Below the pieces are notes generated by a model. The model saw only the letters and a list, made by a program, of their open reading frames with translations. It did no database searches and was not told where the DNA came from. 64,000 nucleotides of DNA, from contig CAJWLL010000004.1 of NCBI GenBank assembly GCA_913043275.1, positions 41,447 to 105,446 of the forward strand, in the 5' to 3' direction. This document shows, one piece after another, positions 1 to 9,323 of the stretch (its first letter is position 1; each line of letters starts with the position of its first letter). Origin of the DNA: an uncultured Flavobacteriaceae bacterium (GTDB taxonomy: Bacteria; Bacteroidota; Bacteroidia; Flavobacteriales; Flavobacteriaceae). A program made the position numbers and the translations under genes.

Positions 1-334
1 TCATTAATGGTCCATAACTCCATAAAACTCCAGACTTCATATTTGTTCGCCAAGCATACTCTCCAGTTATAATACTATATCTTGTAGGTGTGCAGACTGA
101 TGAAGTAGAATGCATGTCTGTAAATCGCATACCCTGATTTGCTAGCTTATCTAAATTAGGGGTTTTAATTTTTGATTCCTTATTATAGCAATTTAAATCG
201 CCATAACCTAGATCATCTGCTAAAATATAAATAACATTAGGAGATTTTATTTGTTTTTGATCCTCGGTAATACAACCAAAAACAAAAAAACTTGAAAAAA
301 TTATTCTTTTTAAAACTTTGTTTCTTAAAATCAT
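1..334 (-). CDS. Formylglycine-dependent sulfatase, N-terminal fragment (gene runs off the left edge)
   Basis: My reverse-strand translation from the ATG at 332-334 gives MILRNKVLKRIIFSSFFVFGCITEDQKQIKSPNVIYILADDLGYGDLNCYN...SSVCTPTRYSIITGEY. It has a signal peptide, the DDLGYGD metal site and the C-T-P-T-R FGly motif. Not in the ORF track. Confidence 0.85.
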   Translation of the reverse strand, partial: MILRNKVLKRIIFSSFFVFGCITEDQKQIKSPNVIYILADDLGYGDLNCYNKESKIKTPNLDKLANQGMRFTDMHSTSSVCTPTRYSIITGEYAWRTNMKSGVLWSYGPLM

Positions 335-351
335 AATTAACAATTTTTTAT

Positions 352-570
352 TCAACTTCTAATGTCAATATTAGCTGCGATAATATATAAGGAACTGCCA
401 GAATCAAGATAATTTAACAAACAATAACCTTCTTTAGGCTTTATTTCTTTTATGTGTTGAGTTAAAGCATCATCTTTTACTCCAGCAGTTGCAAGTGATA
501 AAACAATAGCCCTTCTAAATTCCCGAGAAGCTCTTATTACTAATTCAAGTTTTTCTGATAGATTTTTCAC
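352..570 (-). CDS. Hypothetical 72-aa protein (orphan, GTG start)
   Basis: ORF track only. It sits between the PhoD-like stop and the sulfatase start on the same strand. No motif recognised. Confidence 0.3.
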   Translation of the reverse strand: MKNLSEKLELVIRASREFRRAIVLSLATAGVKDDALTQHIKEIKPKEGYCLLNYLDSGSSLYIIAANIDIRS

Positions 571-581
571 TTTTAAATAAA

Positions 582-2045
582 TTATTCCGCTAAAGCTACA
601 AACTTATTTAACTCATTACCATCAACATCATAATGCCTGACGGTAATACTCCCATTTTCTTTTGGGTCGATAGTTACTGTCATTGTTCCCCCAATGACAT
701 TTAGGTACAAATGCTCGGGTCTTATATCATCTTGCTTCCATCCTCCGGCGTGATCATTACTGTTTGCTCCAATAGAAAACTCAACAATTCCATATTTCGG
801 GTGTTTTGATACATATTGCCAATGACGATCTCCACAAATTACATACATATTGGATTGAGAAGCAATCAATTTTCGAATTTGCTCTCCCTCATAATAAAAA
901 CCTTTATTGGAATGATTATCCTTTTTTTGTTTTCGATCAGGTCCTATTACAGGTGTTGGACTGATCAACAGTTTAAAAGTGGCATCAGAGGTTTCAACCG
1001 TTTTTTTAAACCACTCCATTTGCGCCTTACCCCAAATTGATTTACTTGATCCATCGGGCATTGTATTTGGACTTCTGAAGTCTCTTCCCTCAACAAGCCA
1101 TATCTGTAGATCCTTACCCCAACGGAAAGTCCTATATGTTTTGTCTTTGATGGGCATTTCCTGACGAAATACTTCTAAGCCCTGTTCAAAGGTAAATGTT
1201 CCCATAAAGGAAGTTTCAAGTCCTCGATAGCTGTCGTTAAACCAAGCATCGTGGTCATCTTTTTCAAAGTAGCTGGTAATCTGAGTGTGAAATGATTTAT
1301 TTGTGGGTAGGCTAAACATCCTATCCCAGTGATAATGTGCCATACTTTTGTTTTTCGCCAGATTATCATAATAAACTATGTCTCCAGCATGTACAAAAAA
1401 ATCGAGATCTAGACTTTCTAAAAACGGATAGATTTTATATCCATCTGGATGATCTTGATCAGGGTATCCCTGGCAAGTACTGGCAGCAAAAACAATCTTA
1501 CGAGAGGTTTTGGCATCCGGTGGGGTTTTAAATTTACCAGTGATTTCATCGCTTACTTTGAAATTATCTTCTGGTCTTCCCTCAACCTTGAGCTCATAGG
1601 TTGAACTAGGAATTAGGTCGATTAAAATGAATTTTTTACTAAAGTTAGCCTCTGTTGAAACAGCCTTCCAAGGGGTAGATTGCCATTGTTTTGAAACCAA
1701 TCTTTTGTATTTTACCCTTACCATGCCTCTAGCACCTGGGACGGCTCCTTCAACGGTATTGATGTCGTAACCCTGAGGGAAATAAACCATCCCATTTTTA
1801 TCTTTCCTTGTTTTTCTCAAATGTCTTTTACCTGTTTCAGGTTCAGTGTAAAGTGAAATAGGCAGAGGAGCATCATTTACTCGAGTTGAATTCTTAGTCA
1901 ACCGAGTCCAAATTACAGCCTCATTTTGACTTACATCTCCTATTCTTATACCAGTGGCAAAAAAGGGGCCTATATTTTTTTGTTCTTGTGAACTAAGAAA
2001 ACAACTTACTAAAAAGACAATTATAAAAACTTTTATCGATCTCAT
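582..2045 (-). CDS. PhoD-like alkaline phosphatase / metallophosphatase, secreted
   Basis: Signal peptide MRSIKVFIIVFLVSCFLSS. PhoD-type N-terminal segment ATGIRIGDVSQNEAVIWTRL. Metallophosphatase motifs HAGDIVYYD, DDHD and CGDRHW. Confidence 0.75.
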   Translation of the reverse strand: MRSIKVFIIVFLVSCFLSSQEQKNIGPFFATGIRIGDVSQNEAVIWTRLTKNSTRVNDAPLPISLYTEPETGKRHLRKTRKDKNGMVYFPQGYDINTVEGAVPGARGMVRVKYKRLVSKQWQSTPWKAVSTEANFSKKFILIDLIPSSTYELKVEGRPEDNFKVSDEITGKFKTPPDAKTSRKIVFAASTCQGYPDQDHPDGYKIYPFLESLDLDFFVHAGDIVYYDNLAKNKSMAHYHWDRMFSLPTNKSFHTQITSYFEKDDHDAWFNDSYRGLETSFMGTFTFEQGLEVFRQEMPIKDKTYRTFRWGKDLQIWLVEGRDFRSPNTMPDGSSKSIWGKAQMEWFKKTVETSDATFKLLISPTPVIGPDRKQKKDNHSNKGFYYEGEQIRKLIASQSNMYVICGDRHWQYVSKHPKYGIVEFSIGANSNDHAGGWKQDDIRPEHLYLNVIGGTMTVTIDPKENGSITVRHYDVDGNELNKFVALAE

Positions 2046-2047
2046 TT

Positions 2048-3523
2048 TTAATTATTTTTATCTAAATGAAAAGTTTCTGGATTTGTCTTTGATGTTCTTC
2101 TAAAATACTCATTGACTGTATTATAACTCTTGTTTGACCAAGGGGCATTAAGTGTTGGGATTTTTTCTTTGAATGTGCTTTTAATTGAATCTGAGGTAAC
2201 TGTATTTGCTATATTATTCCTTTCACTAGGATCATTTGTAAGGTCATATAATTCTTCTGATCCATCCTCATATCTAATATATCGATGAGTTTGATTTATC
2301 AAGCTATGATTGTTTATCCCATAAGTGGTGACCGCTATTCCTCCTTTCCAAGCTTTTCCATTAATTAATGGAAGCAAACTTTTACCCTCATTTAAAGGGT
2401 TTTTTGGAAGGTTCGTAATATCAAGTAAAGTCGGATATATATCTAAAAGCTCAACTGGGTAAGGTGATTTTTTATTTCCCTCAACGCCAGGTATTTTAAA
2501 AATTAGTGGAACCCTTGTCGATTCACTCCAGATGGTATGCTTACCAAAAGTTCCCTTTTCACCAATTTCATAACCATGATCTGACCATAAAACAACTATT
2601 GTGTTGTCTTTATATCTGCTTCTTTCTAGTGCACTAAGAACTAATCCTACTTGATGATCAACAAAAGAAACACAAGCTAAATATGCTTGAACAATGTTTT
2701 TCCATTCTCCACTTTTAATTGCCCAATCAGTTGTTGGCATCATTCCTCTGTGAGCTATTTCTTTAGCAATTTGGGGGAGATCATCATAATCATTTGGATC
2801 GTATTTTGGAAGAGAAATCTTTTCCTTTGGGTATAAATCAAACCATTTTTTTGGAGTATACCAAGGAACATGAGGTCGGATAAATCCTACGGCCATGAAA
2901 AAAGGGAGATTGTGATCCTTTTCAAGCTCCTTTATTGCCCATTCGGCATAAATATTATCAAGCATTAAGCTATCCTGCTTAGGAAAAGCTCCCCAGTCAG
3001 TAGAAGTACCTTTCTTACTCCACTTAAAATAGTTTCTTGGTTTTGGGCCAAAACCTTTAACTCTCCCGCCTGAAACCTCAAAAACACCTTTAGGAGCGTG
3101 ACCATGAAATATTTTACCCACACCAAGGGTTTTATAACCATTATCCCCAAAATAATTTGGAAGAAAACTAATTTCTTCTAAAATAGGATGTGCTTTTCTT
3201 ATATCTTCATCTTTTATTTGTCCATATACTCCTGTAGAAGATGGTCTTAATCCAGAAAACAAAGATGCTCTAGAAGGGCCGCAAATAGGAGCTTGACAAT
3301 GAGCATTTGTAAACAAAAAACCTTGTTGGGCTAGTCTATCAATATTTGGTGTTTTTACATTTGGGTTCACTCCAAGAACTCCTATCCAATCATTTAGATC
3401 ATCTATACTTATCATTAAGACATTCGGAAATGATTCATTAACAATTTGGGGTGTTGTACATGCTAAAAAACCATTTAGTAGTATGCATAAGAATAAAGAG
3501 ATAGTGAGTTTTAATTTATCCAT
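2048..3523 (-). CDS. Sulfatase (iduronate-2-sulfatase-like group)
   Basis: Lipoprotein signal LNGFLAC. Motifs ISIDDLNDWIG and CQAPICGPSRASLFSG (C-G-P-S-R). Confidence 0.9.
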   Translation of the reverse strand: MDKLKLTISLFLCILLNGFLACTTPQIVNESFPNVLMISIDDLNDWIGVLGVNPNVKTPNIDRLAQQGFLFTNAHCQAPICGPSRASLFSGLRPSSTGVYGQIKDEDIRKAHPILEEISFLPNYFGDNGYKTLGVGKIFHGHAPKGVFEVSGGRVKGFGPKPRNYFKWSKKGTSTDWGAFPKQDSLMLDNIYAEWAIKELEKDHNLPFFMAVGFIRPHVPWYTPKKWFDLYPKEKISLPKYDPNDYDDLPQIAKEIAHRGMMPTTDWAIKSGEWKNIVQAYLACVSFVDHQVGLVLSALERSRYKDNTIVVLWSDHGYEIGEKGTFGKHTIWSESTRVPLIFKIPGVEGNKKSPYPVELLDIYPTLLDITNLPKNPLNEGKSLLPLINGKAWKGGIAVTTYGINNHSLINQTHRYIRYEDGSEELYDLTNDPSERNNIANTVTSDSIKSTFKEKIPTLNAPWSNKSYNTVNEYFRRTSKTNPETFHLDKNN

Positions 3524-3524
3524 A

Positions 3525-6116
3525 TTATCTTTTTAATGCGCTAATAATACTTTTAGGGTAATTGTCAGATGCTGTTTTGATATTTTTTTTTTCATTTACA
3601 ATCTCAATCAACTTACTAACACCTCCCTCTGAAATAACATTAGATTCAAATTGGACTCCAAGTTCTTCGTTAGTAATGTTAATAAAACTAGGAGTTGAAA
3701 CATCAAGATTAGCCTCTATTGTCCAACCATTAATTTGAAATTTACCTTCATTTTGTATAGTAAAAACAGGATCATAATTTATCCCATCACTTACTTGAAT
3801 AATTGCTAAAAACCGCATTTTTTCATGTTTTTCCTTTGTTGTTGATTTAAAATGCCAATGGTTGTCATAGGTGAGTAAGTTTCCATATGGGTCCTTTTTT
3901 CGTAAAAAGTTTTTTGGTTCGACTGAAAATTTATCGGTAACTGAATAATCTAAAGGTGATGAACCAAAAAGAGTAACCCTACCACCTCTATCATTATACA
4001 TTGTTTCCACAGTTTTTTTTTCAGAATTTAATTTTAAACCATGATAGTTGTGAATTAACCAACTCCAATCAACTGGGTTTTCAGCTTCCATCTCATCATA
4101 AACAATAAAAAGGTTGGACTTTAGTAAAACATAATGCCTTCTAAAAAACTTAACTTCCATATCATTAGGGGTATTATCTTTCCTAGCTTTCATAGATAAT
4201 TCATGTGCCTGATATGCATGGGAAGCATCTCCAACAGCATATGTGAGTAGCTCTCCTCTTATAAACCTAGGCAGAAAACCATAAGCACCTGAATCGTAAA
4301 GCTGACCTTTTTGATCAACCAAAACCCCATTATGTCCCTGGGTGTGCTTGAACCAAGATTGAGTATGTGGAGCCCCCATCCATGGACGATAACCAGAATT
4401 ATAAAACAACCTTTTTCCCTTATAAGCAATATTAAAAGTATTTTGCTCAGCGTGGGTATGTGCAAGAGGACCCATGGGAGAACTTTTAATGGAAACTCGC
4501 AAATTATTCATAACGTCTGTTCGATCTGAATTCATATAAGCGACCCCTACATCAGGAAAAATTTCTGAATTAGGTAAATCGATTTCCATATCTGAAGAGG
4601 GTAATGGCATGTCGTAGCCCTTTGTTATTCTAAACCAAGCATAGTCTATATCATCAGTCAAATCAGCTTTTTCAATTGAACCACCAGTATAATCTAGGTC
4701 AATTAAAGGTTCTTCAATTTTATTAAGTTCAGTTAGTACAGAATTGGAATACCTTAGTGCCAATTGGTCTCCAGTAATTCTTGCAAAAGCATCTGAAAAT
4801 GCTGCATATTCGATATTTGGCATTGGCCATTTTTTTCCGTCATTACAAAATCCATCGCTAGTAGCTCCGGGGGGATAGGCATATATTAGCCACTTCATAA
4901 AGTTTCTATACCAGGGTACAACAAAAAAGTTTTTTTCCGTGTATTCTCCTAATTTCATAGGAATATCTAAAAGTGTCATTACGTTCATTCGCATATATCC
5001 AGTTCCATTAAACCAAGCACCGTCATCTTCAGCCATTTTAGGGTGTTGTGCCAACCATAACTCATAAATGTATTCAAGCCAATTTGAAGCCTGTGGCACC
5101 TCATCAATTAGTGCAATAGAGGTTAAAAATAAATGATGCAATATATGTTGCCAAACATGCATTGATGAATTTCTATTTGCTAAAGAATAATTTCCCCTCC
5201 AGTGATTATAAAAGCCCTCTCCCCTAGCAACAATTTGATTTAATGCATCTAATTTGTCATTTTCATTTATTCGATCCCAAAAAACATCAAGTGCCGAGGA
5301 TAGTGATTCCATTATCATTGCATCACCAAAATCGTTTATTCTTGTTAACCCCTTCGGATCCCATGAATTTGCCTCACGAATCCAATTCAGCGCGGCTGTA
5401 AAGTATTTGTCATTTTTTGTCAAAATATATGCTTGAGTAAGAGTTTTGAGTGATTTCCCAAACTCATATCCAACTATTTTACTAAAGTTCTTTTTAATTT
5501 TACCTGTTTCATTTTCATCCCTTCCTTCAAACTGAATTTCGGCATCTCGCTCACTAGGAATTGGCTTACCAATAATTTTGTTTGCCTGATCGAGAATTTT
5601 ACCACTCTCTTTATATGCGTTTGCTTTCAACCGAATTTCATCCCATTTCTCTTTATTTACCATTACCCTAGGATGATTTCTAGGAATTGACTTTAGAAGT
5701 CTTTCAAAGGGAGGGGGAACAAAATCAATTGAGCTATCATCAACTTTTAGGGAGGCAATCTCACTCCAACTTCCTTCACTAGCTTTAAATTGCCAATACC
5801 ATAGTCCTTTCTTTAAAGATTTGTGGATATTAATCATTGAAAAAGGAATTTCTTTAATTGAAATTAATTCTTCTTTAAAATCTTTATCTCTAGCAAGTCG
5901 AACCTGATAAAATTGAGATTTCTTCGATGGCCATTGAAGACTTGGACTTATAAATCTTGGAGGGTCAGCGTTATCAGGAGACATCCATATCCTGTATTTC
6001 GGATATACCATTGGAGGCAATTCAATCGAACCAACTTTGGTTTCTCCTGTCCCAGATTGACATCCAAACTCTAGCAAGCCAAAAATCAATAATACCAATA
6101 AATCTATTTTTTTCAT
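3525..6116 (-). CDS. Heparinase II/III-like protein (DUF4962-like N-terminus), putative polysaccharide lyase
   Basis: Lipobox LLEFGC. C-terminal GPLAHTHAEQNTFNIAYKGKRLFYNSGY resembles the heparinase II/III C-terminal domain. The ATG at 6116 forms an ATGA overlap with the upstream sulfatase stop. The alternative start is at 6131. Confidence 0.6.
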   Translation of the reverse strand: MKKIDLLVLLIFGLLEFGCQSGTGETKVGSIELPPMVYPKYRIWMSPDNADPPRFISPSLQWPSKKSQFYQVRLARDKDFKEELISIKEIPFSMINIHKSLKKGLWYWQFKASEGSWSEIASLKVDDSSIDFVPPPFERLLKSIPRNHPRVMVNKEKWDEIRLKANAYKESGKILDQANKIIGKPIPSERDAEIQFEGRDENETGKIKKNFSKIVGYEFGKSLKTLTQAYILTKNDKYFTAALNWIREANSWDPKGLTRINDFGDAMIMESLSSALDVFWDRINENDKLDALNQIVARGEGFYNHWRGNYSLANRNSSMHVWQHILHHLFLTSIALIDEVPQASNWLEYIYELWLAQHPKMAEDDGAWFNGTGYMRMNVMTLLDIPMKLGEYTEKNFFVVPWYRNFMKWLIYAYPPGATSDGFCNDGKKWPMPNIEYAAFSDAFARITGDQLALRYSNSVLTELNKIEEPLIDLDYTGGSIEKADLTDDIDYAWFRITKGYDMPLPSSDMEIDLPNSEIFPDVGVAYMNSDRTDVMNNLRVSIKSSPMGPLAHTHAEQNTFNIAYKGKRLFYNSGYRPWMGAPHTQSWFKHTQGHNGVLVDQKGQLYDSGAYGFLPRFIRGELLTYAVGDASHAYQAHELSMKARKDNTPNDMEVKFFRRHYVLLKSNLFIVYDEMEAENPVDWSWLIHNYHGLKLNSEKKTVETMYNDRGGRVTLFGSSPLDYSVTDKFSVEPKNFLRKKDPYGNLLTYDNHWHFKSTTKEKHEKMRFLAIIQVSDGINYDPVFTIQNEGKFQINGWTIEANLDVSTPSFINITNEELGVQFESNVISEGGVSKLIEIVNEKKNIKTASDNYPKSIISALKR

Positions 6117-7477
6117 TGTTTGCTTTTCCATGATTTATATAGCGTTTTGAGCTCTGCCACCACTTTAGGTTGTTCATAATAGAGATTATTAGATTCTCCA
6201 GGATCATTTTCTAGATCAAAAAGAACAAATTTTTCAGAATATGTGTAGTCCCTTCTGCTGGTATCATAGGGGTTAGCATAAAGTTTCCATTTACCTTTTC
6301 GCGCTACCCAGGTAGGTACGCCTCTTCTAATAAATTCCCAACAATAACCTTCCTCATGGTTAGAGGGTAAGTTTTCGTTTTGGATTATGGGCATTAGAGA
6401 TTTGCCATCCATATCAGAAGTATCGGTATTAAAACCACACAGTTCAATTAAAGTAGGCATCCAGTCTACATTAACACTCAATTGGTCTCTAAACTGATTA
6501 GATGGGATTTTACCGGGCCAAGAAATAGATGCAGGAACTCTTATTCCACCTTCAAACAAACACTGTTTTGCCCCTCTGTAAGGCCCAGTATATCCTCCAC
6601 CATGATAAGCACGGGTTTCGGTAGAGTGACCATTGTCAGATTGAAAAATGATGATAGTATCCTCTCTCAAATTATTTTCTTCCAATAACATCATCAATTC
6701 TCCAATTTTTTCATCTTGTGTTGTTAAAAAGGCGGCATATAAATCACGAGGATGTTCAATACCCTTGTCGCGGTAGTACTTAATCCATTTGGCATACCCT
6801 TGATAAGGATAATGGGGCGTATTCATAGCAAAAAAGATAAAAAAGGGGCTTTCAGATTTTTTTTCTAAGACTTGCTTTGCCTCTTTCAACATAATATCAG
6901 GAAAATATTGCCCATCTAAAAAAATCTCTTCATTGTTCCGATATAAATCGTGGCGATTAGGACCACCAACATAATTATTATCCCCTCCCCAGTAATAGAA
7001 ATGGGAGTAATTATCAATACATCCCACCAAATGACCAAAACTATAATCAAATCCCTGCTGATTGGGACGCATTTCGGGTTGATATCCCAAATGCCATTTA
7101 CCAATAAGGAAGGTATTGTAACCATTTTCTTTAAACATTTCAGCCATAGTATATTCCGATGGAGGAAGTCCGGATTTCCTGCTTAAATCTTGACCTGCAT
7201 TCCCAGGAACACCTGCTCTTTGAGGGTTTTTCCCCGTCAATAAAGAAGCTCGAGAAGGTGAACAAACCGGAGAGGCATAAAACTGGGTGAAAATTGTACC
7301 ACTCAGCATGAGTTTATCCATGTGGGGGCTGACTAGGTCTTTGGCACCAAGAATATTTACATCAAGTGTAGCTTGGTCATCAGTGTAAATGATGATCACG
7401 TTAGGTTTTTTTTGTGCATTGATTAGGGATGCAGAAAAACAAAAAAATAAAAAAAAGCTTAAAAAAATATTTTTCAT
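6113..7477 (-). CDS. Arylsulfatase-type sulfatase
   Basis: Signal peptide MKNIFLSFFLFFCFSASLINA. Motifs IIIYTDDQ and SPVCSPSRASLLTGK. The ORF track extends to 7498, but that overlaps the upstream gene. Confidence 0.9.
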   Translation of the reverse strand: MKNIFLSFFLFFCFSASLINAQKKPNVIIIYTDDQATLDVNILGAKDLVSPHMDKLMLSGTIFTQFYASPVCSPSRASLLTGKNPQRAGVPGNAGQDLSRKSGLPPSEYTMAEMFKENGYNTFLIGKWHLGYQPEMRPNQQGFDYSFGHLVGCIDNYSHFYYWGGDNNYVGGPNRHDLYRNNEEIFLDGQYFPDIMLKEAKQVLEKKSESPFFIFFAMNTPHYPYQGYAKWIKYYRDKGIEHPRDLYAAFLTTQDEKIGELMMLLEENNLREDTIIIFQSDNGHSTETRAYHGGGYTGPYRGAKQCLFEGGIRVPASISWPGKIPSNQFRDQLSVNVDWMPTLIELCGFNTDTSDMDGKSLMPIIQNENLPSNHEEGYCWEFIRRGVPTWVARKGKWKLYANPYDTSRRDYTYSEKFVLFDLENDPGESNNLYYEQPKVVAELKTLYKSWKSKQ

Positions 7478-7482
7478 GTTAA

Positions 7483-9315
7483 TTAATTTATAGTCCAAAC
7501 TTTTAAATCCCTGTATCTAAAATGTGACCATTGCATTTGTCTAAATGCAAATTTTCCCTCTTGATGTGGACCTCCATTTTTGAATCCAATATCCTTCCAG
7601 TTAATAATTTCTCTATTGTCAATAGACATAGAGATATGGTTCTCTTTTTTGACAAGACGTATTTTATGAATAGATGTTGATTTAGCATCAATTCCTTTCT
7701 CTCCATATTGGACTGTTATAAAACCTTTATTTTTTCTCAAATGGGCAAATGGTCGATTAGGTTTTTTTGGATTATTGGTATAGTAGGAAATGTGATAGTT
7801 ATTAAGATCGCTTTTAGTATACTGATTAAAAACACCAAATCTCTTTTTTTGGGATGGATGCATAACATCAAGACCATTAATTCCTTTAGCCGAAAAGAAT
7901 ACAATACAAAGACCAGCTTTGGTATTAAGGTTTTGTATTTCCCACTCTGCCACAAAATTGGCTGGAAATTCCTTTGGACACCAAAATACATGATGAGATT
8001 TTTCATTGGGAGAGTAGATTTCCAGCCAATTATCTTTAACAATTGCTTTTGCTTCTCCTTCAAGGATCCATTTACTTAAATCATTTGCCGTTGAGAAATT
8101 GTTTTCATAAAAGAGTGATTCTTTATTAAAAGAAATTTGATTTTTTTTAATTGGATTTCTTAAATAGTTAACATATTCAGATGCAGCTAATAAAAAAGCT
8201 CCGGTTCCAAACTCCTGCCATGATTCAGCATTATATGGTTTTGGATCTTTTCCTACAGGTTGTACATAACCAATACGGCCCTGTTTACTGACATGTTTTA
8301 TCAATTGCTCCCATGCCCTAACCATTGGTTTTTCATATAAGTCTGGGTCTAGTAAACCATTGTTTATACCCCATGCAAACCCATAACAAAAAAAAGCACT
8401 TCCGCTATTCTCCGGTACATCAATTTTGGCTGTTTCAATAAATTTATTTTCATCACGATTGAGATATGCAAAAATTCCTGGATCTAAAAGATTGGATCGC
8501 CACAATCCATCAGATGTTCTTTCTTGAAGATCCAAAAGTTTATATGCCATTTTTTGGAATTGGTCCTGAAGCAACTTTCGTTTAGGGTTGTTTTTTGGGA
8601 TAATTTCAAGCATATGAACAAGCCCACCAAAGACCCAACCATTTCCCCTGCTCCAAAAAATTTTCTTCCCAGAACTGGTTTTTTTGCCAAAATATCTATC
8701 ATCTCGGTAGATTAATTTTTCCTTTTTATCCCACAAATAATCTGTAGTAATCAACCAATGGTCAATAGCATAATCCAAATACTTTTCTTCTCCTGTGATT
8801 TGATACATTTTGGCAAAAGTGGGAGGTGCCATAAACAAAGCATCACACCAACTCCACCACTCGTGCCTGTAGGGATTATCCTTAAATCTTACGTCGGGTA
8901 TAGGTTTGTTTCTCAACAAGTTGGCATCCAACACCCACTTAATATTTTTAAACATCGTATCCTCCCCTTTTTGTTGATACAAGTCTAGGTAGACTTGCCC
9001 GATCGCAATTTTATCAGCATGATACATATCGGGTAAAGTTTCCCAACTGTGATCTTCTCCAACATTGTACAAGAAGTCTTGATAATCCTTGTTGCCTGTG
9101 GCTTTGAATGCTTTCATCATCCCTATATAGTAGGTCGCAAATTGCCAATTGGTGCGGGTGTATTTCTTAACATGATCTGTCTGCTGATTCTGCCAGTTAA
9201 TAACTTTGTCCATAAGTTCAAAAACATTCTCAATGGATTGATCTTGCGAATAGGCTATGATTGAAAAACCAAACTGTACAATAGTGAAAATGTATGAAAG
9301 AAAATATATTCTCAT
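7483..9315 (-). CDS. GH88/GH105-type unsaturated uronyl hydrolase fused to a C-terminal DUF1961 (YesU-like) domain
   Basis: N-terminal about 380 aa carry WWSWCDALFMAPP and FWSRGNGWVFGGL. C-terminal about 220 aa (HHVFWCPKEFPANFVAEWE...YHISYY...HLRKNKGF) resemble B. subtilis YesU/DUF1961. Confidence 0.7.
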   Translation of the reverse strand: MRIYFLSYIFTIVQFGFSIIAYSQDQSIENVFELMDKVINWQNQQTDHVKKYTRTNWQFATYYIGMMKAFKATGNKDYQDFLYNVGEDHSWETLPDMYHADKIAIGQVYLDLYQQKGEDTMFKNIKWVLDANLLRNKPIPDVRFKDNPYRHEWWSWCDALFMAPPTFAKMYQITGEEKYLDYAIDHWLITTDYLWDKKEKLIYRDDRYFGKKTSSGKKIFWSRGNGWVFGGLVHMLEIIPKNNPKRKLLQDQFQKMAYKLLDLQERTSDGLWRSNLLDPGIFAYLNRDENKFIETAKIDVPENSGSAFFCYGFAWGINNGLLDPDLYEKPMVRAWEQLIKHVSKQGRIGYVQPVGKDPKPYNAESWQEFGTGAFLLAASEYVNYLRNPIKKNQISFNKESLFYENNFSTANDLSKWILEGEAKAIVKDNWLEIYSPNEKSHHVFWCPKEFPANFVAEWEIQNLNTKAGLCIVFFSAKGINGLDVMHPSQKKRFGVFNQYTKSDLNNYHISYYTNNPKKPNRPFAHLRKNKGFITVQYGEKGIDAKSTSIHKIRLVKKENHISMSIDNREIINWKDIGFKNGGPHQEGKFAFRQMQWSHFRYRDLKVWTIN

Positions 9316-9323
9316 TGAGTATT

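Noticed and set aside
7708-8079. 123-aa plus-strand ORF and the 108-aa minus-strand out-of-frame ORF at 7737-8063, both inside the GH88/GH105-DUF1961 gene
   Set aside because: Both lie inside a 610-aa ORF with clear family motifs. Their sequences are low-complexity and hydrophobic, typical of off-frame translation of AT-rich coding DNA.
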